64,000 nucleotides of DNA from Oscillospiraceae bacterium (GTDB lineage: Bacteria; Bacillota; Clostridia; Oscillospirales; Ruminococcaceae), in contig JAFYSU010000034.1 in NCBI GenBank assembly GCA_017559185.1, positions 90-64,089 of the forward strand. Reading direction: 5' to 3'. Position numbers and translations under genes: made by a program. The notes under the pieces are model-generated. The model was not told the origin of the DNA, searched no databases, and was given only the letters and a program-made list of their open reading frames with translations. Shown here one piece after another: positions 51,775-63,300 of this stretch; the stretch's first letter is position 1; the number at the start of each line of letters is the position of its first letter.

Positions 51775-53443
51775 ATTTCATACCAAGTAATTTGTCTGCC
51801 TGTTCTTTTGCTTCACGCATATCCAAATTGCATATAGTCTCGCGTATTTCCAGTACAGCTGCCGGATTTACCGAAAGCTCGTCAACACCAAGAGCAAGCA
51901 GCATTGCTGTCATAGAACGCTGCGAGCCCATTTCACCGCAAACGCTTATTTTTTTGCCTTCGCGGTGTATGCAATCCGCAGAAAACTTAATAAGCCTTAG
52001 CACCGCAACATGTATATCTTCATACAGATACGAAAGTCGGCTGTTCATACGGTCAGCCGCCAAAACATACTGTGTAAGGTCGTTTGTTCCTACACTGAAA
52101 AAGTCCACATGTTTTGCCAGTATGTCACTTATAAGTGCAGCAGCAGGAGTTTCTATCATAATACCAACAGGAACATCCTTTACATAAGGTATACCGTCGG
52201 CATCAAGCTCTGCTTGAACTTCCTTTATTATCTCTTTGCCTTGCAGCACTTCGTCAAGTGTACTTATCATTGGGAACATTATCGAAAGCGGTCCATATAC
52301 CGATGCACGGTAAAGTGCTTTTATTTGTGTTTTGTAAACATCACGGTGCCACAAGCCAAGGCGCATACCGCGAAATCCCATTGCCGGATTTTGCTCGGGC
52401 GGTATTTGTATGTAGCTGCCTTCCTTGTCACTGCCTACATCAAGTGTTCGTATTGTTACAGGTTTTCCGTCCATGCTTTCAAGAATATTTTTGTAGCAAA
52501 GGAACTGTTCTTCTTCGGTCGGCAAGCTGGTTGAACGCATATACAAAAATTCACTTCTGAAGAGACCTATGCCCTCGGCATCGTTCAGCTTTATGCGTTC
52601 AAGGTCTTCCACAACAGCACCATTACCGCGAATTACAACCTTTACACCATCCTTGGTAACAGACGGTTTTCCGATATATTCCCTTAAGCGCTGTTGTGTT
52701 TCGTAAAGTTCTTCCTTTTTCTTGTCGAACTGGGCATAAGTAGCTTCATCAGGATTAAGGTAAACCGTTCCAGTGTCACCGTCAACAATCAAGACATCAC
52801 CATCGTTTACTGCATCAAGCTGACTGCCCAATCCCACTATTGACGGAATGTTCATTGTTCTTGCCAAAATTGCCGAATGTGACATTATCGAACCTTCTTT
52901 GGTAAGAATGGCTGATACCGCACTTACGTCCAAATCCACAGTTTCACTTGGCATAAGTTCACGCGCTATCAATATTTCTTGAGCGTATCTGTTTGGAGTC
53001 CATTCCACAGTATGTCCCATAAGCAGGCGCGACAAACGCAGGCAAATGTCTTTTATGTCGGTGCATCTGGCGTTCATGTACTCATTTTCCATTGAGCTGA
53101 ACATTCTTGTATATCGTTCTTCTGCCATTTTTACAGCGAACTCCGCATTCACCTTCATGCCTGAAATAATGTTGGTTATTTCATGCAAAAAGCCTTTATC
53201 TCTAAGCAGAAACATTTGAGTCTGCAAAATATTTGCAGTATCCTCGTCCATTGTGCCGCTTGCACGCTCGTAAACCTTTTTCAGGTCCTCCAACGCATCA
53301 TCATGGGCTTTCCTAAAGCGTGCCAACTCGGCTCTGGGGTCTTCCACGCGCACGCAAACAGCATCTACAAAGCTGTCACCCAATATTCGCGCTTGACCCA
53401 ATGCAATCCCTTTTGAAGCTGGGGTTGCCTTCATTACTTTCAT
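51773..53443 (-). CDS. ptsI: Phosphoenolpyruvate-protein phosphotransferase (PTS enzyme I)
   Basis: Phospho-His motif GSIMSHSAILART. PEP-utilising TIM barrel blocks (FRSEFLY, GTNDLTQY, CGEMG). Start re-set to ATG 53443 after GGGAGGAA. Confidence 0.9.
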   Translation of the reverse strand: MKVMKATPASKGIALGQARILGDSFVDAVCVRVEDPRAELARFRKAHDDALEDLKKVYERASGTMDEDTANILQTQMFLLRDKGFLHEITNIISGMKVNAEFAVKMAEERYTRMFSSMENEYMNARCTDIKDICLRLSRLLMGHTVEWTPNRYAQEILIARELMPSETVDLDVSAVSAILTKEGSIMSHSAILARTMNIPSIVGLGSQLDAVNDGDVLIVDGDTGTVYLNPDEATYAQFDKKKEELYETQQRLREYIGKPSVTKDGVKVVIRGNGAVVEDLERIKLNDAEGIGLFRSEFLYMRSTSLPTEEEQFLCYKNILESMDGKPVTIRTLDVGSDKEGSYIQIPPEQNPAMGFRGMRLGLWHRDVYKTQIKALYRASVYGPLSIMFPMISTLDEVLQGKEIIKEVQAELDADGIPYVKDVPVGIMIETPAAALISDILAKHVDFFSVGTNDLTQYVLAADRMNSRLSYLYEDIHVAVLRLIKFSADCIHREGKKISVCGEMGSQRSMTAMLLALGVDELSVNPAAVLEIRETICNLDMREAKEQADKLLGMK

Positions 53444-53526
53444 CTTGTTCTTCCTCCCGGCACTGTTTTGGAAATCGTCATGCATTACTTTAAAGTATAA
53501 ATGTGCGTATTTTCTTTGTCAACTTG

Positions 53527-54684
53527 TTATTCGTTAACTTTGATACCGTTCAAAAAATCTTCTATTTGGCTGCGTGATGCGGTACAAGACCCTTGCACCA
53601 TTGCTTTTTGTCCGCCGCCTCTGCCCGAAAGTGCTGCATTGAATTCCTTGCCTATTGCTCGCACATCTGCCTCGCTGCTTCCTATCGCGTATTTATATCC
53701 GCTGTCATCGCTGCCGGACAAAGCTGCTGCAATCACGCCTTTTTTGCAAAGTAATTGGCAAAGCTGGTTCAAATCACCTGGGGTAAGGTCATCTTCAAAC
53801 AACCATACAACCTGTGCAGACTCTGTTTTTTCAACTAAAGCTGCAAATATCTGTTTGCGTGCAGCAGCAAGCTTTTGTTTTAACTGCTCCTGTTCGGCAA
53901 GCAGACGCTCGACCGCCTGCACCACTTCGTACGGTTTTGTGGAAGTCAGTGCCGAAATTGCCGCAACACTTTCGTTTTTTGTGCCGTAGTCCTGCATAGC
54001 ACGGCGGCCGCAAAGCATTGCTACCCTTGTTCCGCCTTTGTATTTTTGTGATGAAATAAGCTTTATTGCTCCTGTCATTCCTGTTGTTGGAAGGTGTGTT
54101 CCGCAGCAGGCACACATATCATATCCTGCTATTCTTACTATTCTCACCTGCCCCGAAAGCTCTTTTTTGCTTCGGTAATTCATAGCTTTAAGTTCGTCAG
54201 CGGTAGGATACAAAACTTCTACAGGCAGGTTTTTGTACACTGCTTCGTTTGCTCTTTTTTCAACTTCTTTAAGCTGCTCGGCTGTAAGCTCTCCGTTAAG
54301 GTCAATGGTTACGAATTCGCTTCCCATGTGGAAGCCTACATTGTCCCAGCCGTAAAGCTCGTTTATTATGCCAGATACTATATGCTCGCCTGTGTGCTGC
54401 TGCATAAGGTCAAAACGATATTCACCGTCAACACAACCCTGCACTTGAGCACCCAGTTCAAGTTCCCCGTCAATCAGGTGTATTACCTCGCCTTCCTTTT
54501 CCCTTACATCAAGCACATTTTTTCCGCCAAGTGTGCCCTTGTCCGCAGGCTGACCACCGCCTTCGGGATAAAATGCCGTTCTGTCCAAGGTTACCTGCCA
54601 CCCGTTTTCGGTTTGTACACAGCTTTTAACCACAGCTGTAAAATCGGTCATAAGACTATCATTATAAAATAATTTTTCTGCCAT
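53527..54684 (-). CDS. alaX: Alanyl-tRNA editing protein (AlaX-L type; AlaRS-related, SAD + DHHA1 domains)
   Basis: FYPEGGGQPAD, zinc motifs HTGEHIVSG and CCGTH, C-terminal DHHA1-like GGGQKAMVQGS. Confidence 0.8.
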   Translation of the reverse strand: MAEKLFYNDSLMTDFTAVVKSCVQTENGWQVTLDRTAFYPEGGGQPADKGTLGGKNVLDVREKEGEVIHLIDGELELGAQVQGCVDGEYRFDLMQQHTGEHIVSGIINELYGWDNVGFHMGSEFVTIDLNGELTAEQLKEVEKRANEAVYKNLPVEVLYPTADELKAMNYRSKKELSGQVRIVRIAGYDMCACCGTHLPTTGMTGAIKLISSQKYKGGTRVAMLCGRRAMQDYGTKNESVAAISALTSTKPYEVVQAVERLLAEQEQLKQKLAAARKQIFAALVEKTESAQVVWLFEDDLTPGDLNQLCQLLCKKGVIAAALSGSDDSGYKYAIGSSEADVRAIGKEFNAALSGRGGGQKAMVQGSCTASRSQIEDFLNGIKVNE

Positions 54685-54850
54685 TTTTATTCTCCGTAAA
54701 TTAAAAATTAAACGCTGCTCCTTTTTAGGAAAAGCTTTTCTATTCTTTACTATACTTTTTCATTATACCTGTTTTATTTTGGTTTGAAAAGTTATTTGCC
54801 AAAAGCAAAAGGCGGCACGGCTTTTGTGCCATACCGCCCATAAGTTTTAA

Positions 54851-56221
54851 TTATTTTACGCTTTCTTCTTCAGCAACTTCGTCCAAGTTGTTGTCCCACA
54901 GGTAATGCTTGGTTTCTTTTACGATAACACCGCTGAGAAGCAGCAGGCTTACAAGGTTAGGGAATGCCATCAAGCCGTTCATAAGGTCTGCAAAGCCCCA
55001 AACAATGTCAAGAGATGTGAAAGAACCAACAAACAAAATTACAAGGAACGCTATACGGTAAACCATTGTTCCGCTGTAACCGAATACATATTCAACGCAG
55101 CGTTCACCGTAGTAGGACCAACCAAGAATGGTAGTGAAAGCAAATACGCTAAGTGCAATTGCCAGTATGTAGCTGCCAACATAAGGAAGCTGTGCAAATG
55201 CCATCTGTGTCAAAGCGTCGCCGCCTGCACCTGCAAATTTTTCAGGAGCACTCATTACGGAGCTTACAATAACGATACCGGTCATTGCACATACAACAAC
55301 TGTATCCCAGAATGTACCTGTCATGGAAACCAATGCCTGACGAACAGGGTTTTTGGTCTGTGCGGAAGCCGCAGCGATTGGAGCTGTACCCAAACCGGAT
55401 TCGTTAGAGAACAAACCGCGAGCTACCCCATAACGGCAAGCAAGCATAACAGTGCTTCCAATAAAGCCGCCTGCTGCTGCCTGAGCAGAAAATGCAGATT
55501 TAACGATGAGAACCAGTGCAGGAACAACGAACTCATGGTTCATGCACAAAATTGCAAAGCAGCCAACAATATAGAACAAGGACATGAAAGGAACCAGTTT
55601 TTCACAAACACTTGCAATGGATTTTACCCCGCCAAGGATAACAAACGCTGTAAGCACTGTGATAATAAAGCCGGATACAACAGGGTCAACATGGAATGTG
55701 GATTCAATAACACCTGCAATAGCATGGGACTGAACGGTACAGCCTGCACCAAAGGTTGCAAAGATTGTAATAACACAGAACAAAATTGCAAGCCATTTCC
55801 AACCCAAGCCTCTTTCAATAGCGTACATAGGACCGCCAATCATGGTACCTCTGGAGTTTTTAACACGATATTTTACTGCAAGGAGTGCTTCACCGTATTT
55901 TGTAGCAATACCAAATACCCCTGTAAGCCAGCACCACATAACAGCACCGGGACCACCAAGAGCTACCGCTGTGGAAACACCTATAATGTTACCTGTACCG
56001 ATTGTTGCTGCCAATGCGGTAGCAAGTGCACCAAACTGGCTTATATCGCCTGTGCTGCCGTCGTCAGGTGTAACGGACAGCTTAATCGCTTTAAATGTAT
56101 GACGCTGAATGAATTTCAGACGGATTGTCAGGAAAAGATGTGTACCAAAAAGCATTATGAGCATTGGTGCGCCCCACACAACATCGTTGCATGCTTGTAT
56201 GATTGAACTAATGGTTTCCAT
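54851..56221 (-). CDS. Alanine/glycine:cation symporter (AGCS family)
   Basis: 456 aa polytopic protein. AGCS-type blocks (FGALATALAATIGTGNIIGV, GPGAVMWCW, GLFSNESGLGTAPIAAA). Confidence 0.85.
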   Translation of the reverse strand: METISSIIQACNDVVWGAPMLIMLFGTHLFLTIRLKFIQRHTFKAIKLSVTPDDGSTGDISQFGALATALAATIGTGNIIGVSTAVALGGPGAVMWCWLTGVFGIATKYGEALLAVKYRVKNSRGTMIGGPMYAIERGLGWKWLAILFCVITIFATFGAGCTVQSHAIAGVIESTFHVDPVVSGFIITVLTAFVILGGVKSIASVCEKLVPFMSLFYIVGCFAILCMNHEFVVPALVLIVKSAFSAQAAAGGFIGSTVMLACRYGVARGLFSNESGLGTAPIAAASAQTKNPVRQALVSMTGTFWDTVVVCAMTGIVIVSSVMSAPEKFAGAGGDALTQMAFAQLPYVGSYILAIALSVFAFTTILGWSYYGERCVEYVFGYSGTMVYRIAFLVILFVGSFTSLDIVWGFADLMNGLMAFPNLVSLLLLSGVIVKETKHYLWDNNLDEVAEEESVK

Positions 56222-56453
56222 GGGAAGAACTCCTTTTCTTTCTTTATAAGTTTTATGTGCTAAAACTGCTTAATTGATATTATACTTCGATTTATGTGTT
56301 TCATCAATAAACAGTTCTGACACAATTTGAATATTTTTGGTTCTTTCCCTTGGCAAAAACCACCAATTATACCATAAAATCACCCTAAAAAACGCTAATT
56401 ATCTTTTTGACAAGCAAAATGAAGAATATTATTCTTCATTTTGTGTCTTTGTA

Positions 56454-57635
56454 TCAAAAACACTTCTTGAATTTTTCCACCAGATATTCCTGTTCTTCCA
56501 AAGTCATTGTACTGTAAAGAGGCAGCGTGAGCTCGCTGTTGTAGTGCTGCACAGCTATTGGATAATCTTCGGCAGCAAAGCCCATTTTTTTGTATGCAGT
56601 AAGCAATGGCAGTGGTTTGTAATGCACATTGCAGCGTATTCCATCTTCGGCAAGCGCAGCTATAACCTTATCCCTTGAACCGTTTGAAAGCTTTGTCATG
56701 TACAAATGCCCGCTTGACATTTGACCGCGCCCTTTGTGCTTTATAAGCTGTACAGGCAGACTTTTAAAAGCCTTGTTGAAGTTTTCTATCATACTGCGGC
56801 GTTTTTCCAGTGTGGCTTCGTAGCGTCTTAACTGGCTTACCCCCAAAGCAGCCTGCATATCGGTCATATTGCATTTGTAATACGGTGCTGTTACATCGTA
56901 CTCCCAGCAATTACTTCTGCTTTTTTCCAGTGCGTCTTTATCCTGCCCATGAAGTGAAAACAGTTTATATTGGCGGTAGATTTTTTCACTATCCAATGCA
57001 GGATTTTTGCGCCATGTAACCGCACCGCCTTCGGCAGTTGTAAGATTTTTTACCGCATGAAAAGAAAATGTGGTAAAATCCGCAGCCTGCCCGCTTTTTT
57101 CACCACTGCGGAACGCCCCCAATGAGTGTGCAGCATCCGCCATAATTATAATTCTGCCAAATGCTTTTTGCAGTTCATTTTTCGGCAGAAACCATGCCGA
57201 TTTTGCTTTTACCGCTTCCAATATACTTTTGTAGTCACACATCTTCCCCGCTATGTCCACGGGGATTATGCATTTTGTGCGGTGTGTTATTGCTTTTTCC
57301 AGTTTATCCAAATCCATTTCGGGACTGTCGTCGGCACAATCCACCAAAACAGGAGTTGCACCGACATGGCAAACTACGCTGCAGGTCGCGGTGTAAGTAT
57401 AAGCAGGAACTATTACCTCATCTCCTTGACCTATTCCAAGCAGTCTGAGGGTTAGTTCTGCTGCCGCAGTTTGTGAGCTTAAACACACGGCTTTTTCCGT
57501 TGAGCAAAATCTTGCAAGCTCCCTCTCCAGCTGTGCAGTTTTACCGCCGGTTGTTATCCATCCCGAACGCAAGGTATTTACTACCTCCTGAATATCATCC
57601 TCGGTTATGTCAGGCTTATAAAAAGGAATATTCAT
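56454..57635 (-). CDS. DegT/DnrJ/EryC1/StrS-family aminotransferase (SpsC-like)
   Basis: IPFYKPDITEDD N-terminus. PLP-lysine context FSFHAVKNLTTAEGG. Start re-set to ATG 57635 after GGGGAGGA. Confidence 0.8.
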   Translation of the reverse strand: MNIPFYKPDITEDDIQEVVNTLRSGWITTGGKTAQLERELARFCSTEKAVCLSSQTAAAELTLRLLGIGQGDEVIVPAYTYTATCSVVCHVGATPVLVDCADDSPEMDLDKLEKAITHRTKCIIPVDIAGKMCDYKSILEAVKAKSAWFLPKNELQKAFGRIIIMADAAHSLGAFRSGEKSGQAADFTTFSFHAVKNLTTAEGGAVTWRKNPALDSEKIYRQYKLFSLHGQDKDALEKSRSNCWEYDVTAPYYKCNMTDMQAALGVSQLRRYEATLEKRRSMIENFNKAFKSLPVQLIKHKGRGQMSSGHLYMTKLSNGSRDKVIAALAEDGIRCNVHYKPLPLLTAYKKMGFAAEDYPIAVQHYNSELTLPLYSTMTLEEQEYLVEKFKKCF

Positions 57636-57672
57636 GCAATAATATCCTCCCCTATGCAAATTTGATATGTAA

Positions 57673-57712
57673 CAGCGGCGTTTCCTTACTAAAATTCGGA
57701 AACGCCGCCATT
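57673..57712 (-). terminator. Hairpin between spoVT and the DegT-family gene
   Basis: 11-bp GC-rich stem gcggcgtttcc / ggaaacgccgc. Weak U-tract on the minus strand. Confidence 0.5.
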
Positions 57713-58255
57713 TTATTCTTCCAACTGTTTTCCAAGAAATGCCGCTGCCGTCTGAATAAGTTTATTCTCAATCTCGGTACAATATCCGCCGTTTTCACCG
57801 CTGAACATCATTATTGCTCCGCAAACATCACCTGCCGCTATAATGGGATACTGCACAAGAGCATAACGGTCAACCCCTTCAATTGGCTGAAGCTTGCGCT
57901 GTGAGTCCGATTCATAAATGTAGCTTTTGCGCTGTTCCATCATTTCTTCAAGCGAAGCCGATACTCTGCGCTCCAGCACTTCTTTTTTTGGCATTCCCGA
58001 AACCGAAATAACATGGTCTCTGTCGCACACTATTACAGGACAGCTTACAGCCTTGCTCAAAATTTCTGCGAACTGTCCCGAAAATGCAGAAAGCTCACCT
58101 ATTGGAGAATATTTTTTAAAAATAACCTCACCGTCATTGTCGGTGTATATTTCAAGCGGGTCGCCCTCACGAATTCGCATTGTTCGTCTTATCTCTTTAG
58201 GTATAACAACACGACCCAAGTCGTCAATTCTTCGCACGATGCCGGTAGCTTTCAT
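57713..58255 (-). CDS. spoVT: Stage V sporulation protein T (AbrB-family regulator with GAF-like domain)
   Basis: MKATGIVRRIDDLGRVVIPKEIRRTMRIREGDPLEI swapped-hairpin N-domain. 180 aa. AAGGAG upstream of the start. Confidence 0.9.
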   Translation of the reverse strand: MKATGIVRRIDDLGRVVIPKEIRRTMRIREGDPLEIYTDNDGEVIFKKYSPIGELSAFSGQFAEILSKAVSCPVIVCDRDHVISVSGMPKKEVLERRVSASLEEMMEQRKSYIYESDSQRKLQPIEGVDRYALVQYPIIAAGDVCGAIMMFSGENGGYCTEIENKLIQTAAAFLGKQLEE

Positions 58256-58508
58256 TATTTAAAACTCCTTCGTTTTTTATTTCCAAGCCTGCCCCACATT
58301 TTCCTGTCGTTATTATATTTTTATCACTGCGGTAAATTTTATTCTCATATTAAGTTAAAATTTGAAGAATACAAAACACGATTTTTCTCTAATCGGAATA
58401 TACTCATTTTTAAAATTACAAGACTTTACAGCTGTTGTTTATTGCTTGGCTTTAATGTTATAATGTAAAAAATTATCGGCACTGCCGAAGAAACAGAGGA
58501 CTTTACCA

Positions 58509-60287
58509 TTGGTTTTATTAAGTGCAGAACATATTTCAAAAGGATATACCGAAAAACAACTGCTTAATGATGTCAGCTTCAATATATGCGAGGGCGACAA
58601 AATAGGACTTATCGGAGTAAACGGCACAGGTAAATCAACCCTGCTTAAAATTCTTGCAGGTATTTCCCAACCCGACAGCGGTAAAATTGTTAAAGCCGGT
58701 GGTACTCGGATTGGCTGGCTGCCGCAGACACCCGACTTTTCCGATGAATTTACCGTTCTGGAACAGGTGCTTGACGGATTAACACAGCAGCAAAAAGATT
58801 TTAAGGAATACGAGTGCAAATCCATTCTTAATAAACTTGGCATTACCGATTTTGACCAAAAAATCGGCTTACTTTCGGGCGGGCAAAAAAAGCGTGTTGC
58901 CATGGCACAGGCATTGGTGCATGAAACCGATATTCTTATAATGGACGAACCCACTAACCACATAGACAACGAAATGGTAACATGGCTTGAAAATTACCTT
59001 GCCCGCTACAACGGTGCTTTGGTAATGGTAACCCATGACCGTTACTTTTTGGAGCGAGTGTGCAACCGCATAGTAGAGTTGGAAAAAGGCAGCATTTACA
59101 GCTACCCTGCCAATTACAGCCAATACCTTGAGCTTAAAGCTCAACGCTTGGAAATGGCTGCCGCTACCGAACGCAAACGCCAAAGCCTGCTTAGAAAAGA
59201 GTTAGCATGGATTCAGCGCGGTGCAAGAGCAAGAAGCACCAAACAACAGTTTAGGGTAAATCGTTTCCATGAAATGAGCGCCCAAAAGGTTGACCTGCCC
59301 GACCAACAGCTTGAAATGTCCTCCATGAGCAGCCGTCTTGGCAAAAAAATAGTTGAAATATCCCATTTGAGCAAAGCATTTGGTGATAAAGTTCTGTTCG
59401 ATGATTTTTCTTATAACCTGCTTCGTGATGACCGCATTGGTATAATAGGCGAAAACGGCAGCGGCAAGTCCACCCTGCTAAAAATACTAATGGGGCAAAC
59501 TCAACCCGACAGCGGCGTTATTGATATAGGCACAACGGTGCGCTTTGGATATTTTTCGCAGGAAGGCCGTGAAATGGACCCATCGCAGCGTGTTATTGAC
59601 TTTATAAAAGATATTGCGGTTGACATTCAAACCCCCGACGGTGTATTAACACCCTCGCAGATGCTTGAAAAATTTTTGTTTGACTCCACATTGCAGTATA
59701 CACAAATCGGACGACTTTCGGGCGGTGAAAAACGCAGACTGTTCTTGCTTAGTATCCTTATACAAGCACCTAATGTACTCTTGCTTGACGAGCCTACCAA
59801 TGATTTGGATATTCAAACACTGACTATACTTGAGGATTACCTTGAAACCTTTGCAGGTGCTGTTATTGCAGTATCGCACGACAGATATTTTCTTGATAAG
59901 GTTGCCGACCACCTTTTCGCGTATGAAAACGGAAAAATCACACATTATCTTGGCGGCTACAGCGACTATCTTGCTCAAAAAAGCGAACAGCAAAAAGCTG
60001 CTGCACCACCAGCTAAAGAGCCAAAAGCAGAACGCCAGCAAAAGCCTCGCGAAAAAACTCGTTTTTCCTTTAAGGAACAGCGTGAGTTTGAGGAAATTGA
60101 CGGTATAATTGCGTCTCTGGAAGAACAAATTGAACAGGCACAGCTTCAAATTGATTCCAATACCAGTGATTACTCGGTTTTGCAGGAATGGATTGAAAAG
60201 AAGGAAAATCTTGAAGCACAGCTTGAAGAAAAAATGGAGCGTTGGGTTTATCTTAACGAGCTTAACGAACAATTTAACAGCAAATAA
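58509..60287 (+). CDS. ABC-F family ATPase (two ABC domains, C-terminal coiled coil)
   Basis: Two Walker A motifs (GVNGTGKST, GENGSGKST), two signatures (LSGGQKKRV, LSGGEKRRL) and an inter-domain linker. TTG start 8 nt after AGAGGA. Confidence 0.85.
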   Translation: MVLLSAEHISKGYTEKQLLNDVSFNICEGDKIGLIGVNGTGKSTLLKILAGISQPDSGKIVKAGGTRIGWLPQTPDFSDEFTVLEQVLDGLTQQQKDFKEYECKSILNKLGITDFDQKIGLLSGGQKKRVAMAQALVHETDILIMDEPTNHIDNEMVTWLENYLARYNGALVMVTHDRYFLERVCNRIVELEKGSIYSYPANYSQYLELKAQRLEMAAATERKRQSLLRKELAWIQRGARARSTKQQFRVNRFHEMSAQKVDLPDQQLEMSSMSSRLGKKIVEISHLSKAFGDKVLFDDFSYNLLRDDRIGIIGENGSGKSTLLKILMGQTQPDSGVIDIGTTVRFGYFSQEGREMDPSQRVIDFIKDIAVDIQTPDGVLTPSQMLEKFLFDSTLQYTQIGRLSGGEKRRLFLLSILIQAPNVLLLDEPTNDLDIQTLTILEDYLETFAGAVIAVSHDRYFLDKVADHLFAYENGKITHYLGGYSDYLAQKSEQQKAAAPPAKEPKAERQQKPREKTRFSFKEQREFEEIDGIIASLEEQIEQAQLQIDSNTSDYSVLQEWIEKKENLEAQLEEKMERWVYLNELNEQFNSK

Positions 60288-60328
60288 AAAATACATCTCT
60301 GCAATTGCTATGCAGAGATGTATTTTTA
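60286..60328. terminator. Bidirectional terminator (ABC-F / hydrolase convergent)
   Basis: 13-bp stem atacatctctgca / tgcagagatgtat, flanked by A- and T-runs. Confidence 0.85.
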
Positions 60329-60332
60329 TTGT

Positions 60333-63300
60333 TTAGTCTTCGGTTACTATAATCACACATTCGGCAGTGAACTCTCCGTCATCGGTTGTGACGGTTATGG
60401 TACATTCACCCTCGCCCACTGCGGTTACTTTACCGCGCGAATTCACTTCGGCTACATCCTCATCGTCGGACTCCCATTCAACATCGGTATTGGTTGCCTT
60501 GGATGGTTTGATTGTTTCCGTAAGGTAAATTGTTTCGCCAACCTCAAGCTCGACTTCTTCTTCATCAAGCTCAATTCCGGTAACTTCTACTTCGTCTTCA
60601 TCTTCATCCTCGTCATCTTCGTCTTCAGAGGTTACCGTTACCTTGCAGGTATCCTTTTCACCCGAGTCTTTGTGAGTTACAGTGATTATTGCCGTACCCT
60701 CGCCCACTGCGGTTACTTTACCGCGCGAGTTTACTTCGGCTACATCCTCGTCATCGGAGCTCCACTTAACTTCGTCATCATCGTTATCAGAAAGAGTATA
60801 TTCAAGCGTAATGCTTTCCCCTTCTTCAAGCGTGATTTTGGATTTTTCCAAGTCGATGGAGGTATCGTCTCCAGTGAAGATAATATCCTCATCGTCTTCG
60901 TACCGACTGCTTGATGATGATGTACTTACTCCCGTTGTGCTGCCCACCGACTGCGTTCCTGTTATTCCCGCATTCGACGCACCTGCACCTTTAAGGAAAG
61001 TATTTATTGAAGCGAGTATTCCTGTTGCAACTCGTTTTTGATATTGAGTTTCAATGAGCTTGTTATAGTCGTTTCGGTTACTTACAAAGCCTGTTTCGCA
61101 CAAAACTGCAACATAATGGCTTGAGCGTGTAACATAATAAAGACCATACTTGCCGCCGCGGTTTGTTGTGCCAAGTGCACTTGCCATCTGCGAAGCTGTG
61201 TATCCGCTAAGATTTTTTGCAAACGGATAGAAGTAGTACGCTTCGCTTCCGACTGCGGTAGACTTACCTGAGTTTGCATGAACACTTACATAAACATGTG
61301 GTTTGAATGCGTTGGCTATTGCCACGCGTTCTTCCATGGTAGGCTCTACCGATACTCCTCGTGTTTTTATGAGTTTTACATTTGCACCGTAGCTTTGCAG
61401 GTCTGCCGCAAGCTTTTCGGCAATTTCCCAGTTGATAACACTTTCGGGGTAGTTAGGGTTAAAGCCTGCTGCCCCCTTGTCTTTAACACCATGTCCGGGG
61501 TCAACAACTATTTTTGAACCTTTAAGCTGTGTTGGATTGTTAAAGGCTATTTCCAGACCATTGTTTGTGTAGGTCGCTGTGTAGCCAAGGAATGCCCCCG
61601 ACTTAAGCAGCTTCAAGGTAAGTGTTGAACCGTTCCACGAAGCATTGCTGAACAATGGGTTTTTGCTCAGTTTCATGTTGTCGGGTACTTTTTTGGTATA
61701 CTGGAACGAGAACTGAATACTGTCACCCGAATAGTTTACCTTGTAAGGCACATTCTGGCTTGTATTAAGTACAACGGTTGTGTAACGGTTGTCCGCCTTA
61801 ACAAGCATACCTTTAATTGTGTTTTCGTAAAGCTCACCCGAGCTTACCGCTGTTATATCCTTTGAATACACACGAAGTCCTGACTTCAGCTTGTAGTAAT
61901 TGAAGGTTTTATTGCCGTCCTTGTAGGTTATTTCATTACCAACAGCATAATCCAAAGTTCCTTTAGGAAGCGGATAGTGCGATGGACTTGAAATATCGTC
62001 CAGCTTGTTTATTGGGAAAGTTTCCGCCTGTGCTGCGGTAACACGAACGAGCACCCCGTCACCCACTGCTACCTTTTTGTTAACGGTAACATTTGCACCT
62101 GTTTTACTGTCGGACAAGCCTTCCCAAGTTGCATGAACCTTAATTTGTCCCAAATTCTGCACCGATGATGTAGCTTCGGGAACGGTAAACACACCTTTAA
62201 ATTTACGGTACGAAGTTCCGCGGAGTTCTTCGTCCTCGTCAGTGTCATCAAGGGTCAGCGTAATATTTTGACCACCCACAGATGCAGTCAGCACAGCATC
62301 CTGATATGCGGTAACAGTAACGGTAACTTCCATTCCTCCGTCTACTGCCATCGTTCCAGTCGGAGTTACTTCCTTAATAATCTGAACTATTCTGTTAATA
62401 TGGAATGTTCTGTCCCTGTCTTTATGCTTAAAGTTTATTACATTGTCGCCTGGGACAAGTGTTACCGGTATTGCAAAGTAACCGTTGGAGTCGCGTTCAA
62501 CCTCTTCGCCATCCATATACAATGGGAATGTAGGGTCGGACGCACCCTTGATTAGCAGTTCTTTTTCAAATGTGGTTTTGTTGTATGCATCCGGTGCAGT
62601 AAACACCAAGTCTTTAAGTATGTGGTCCATGCTGATGTTATCGTTAAAATACGCCAGCAGTGCATCGGTACTATTTTTTGTGTTTGCCGAAAGTGCCGAA
62701 AGCGAATTGAATACACTGCCTTGTACGGCAACACAATCGGCAAGTGCTCCCACCTGTCTTACAAGCTGGTCTTCGGAAGTCCAACCTGCTTCATCGGTGC
62801 ATATTTTGCTTGACGCATGCTCCATGTATACAGGAATTCCTGCATTATTTGCAACGCTGTCCCACCATTTTGCAACAGTTGCAAAAGGAACCGCACCATC
62901 CAAGGTCGAGCCGTAGTTCTGTACCATTGCAAAATCCACGGTTCCATCGTTAATAAATCTTCTTGTGTCGGCATTACCGTCCACAAGGGCTGTCCACATT
63001 GCTTTTGTGGACGAACCTTCTTCGTGCTCCATAGCATTCGCCCACGGAACATCAATAAGCAAACCCGCTTGTACATTCGGGCAATAGCTGCGAACCATGC
63101 GAACAGCGTGGGTAATCATGCTGCGTGAAGCATCCTTCATGTAGGCATCGTACCCCATGCCACCGCCGTATTTAAGGTAATCAGCATAATCACCTTCCTG
63201 CGGCGGATTGTAATATCCCGTAAACATGATGCCGTTAAGCTCATCGTACTTTTTAACAAACTGCTTAAGTGTGGACATTACCGAATCCACCGAATCGGTG

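Noticed and set aside
54905-56206. 433-aa plus-strand ORF
   Set aside because: Codon-aligned antisense to the AGCS symporter gene. The translation is Cys/Asn/Lys-rich nonsense.
56222-56453. Glycine riboswitch upstream of the AGCS symporter
   Set aside because: I could not find the conserved glycine-aptamer core motifs on the minus strand. The region contains only the AT-rich palindrome of the upstream gene's 3' end.
60408-60758. Possible mobile-element terminal repeats
   Set aside because: The repeats are direct, lie within one ORF and encode the same Big_2 beta-strand. There is no transposase and there are no target-site duplications.
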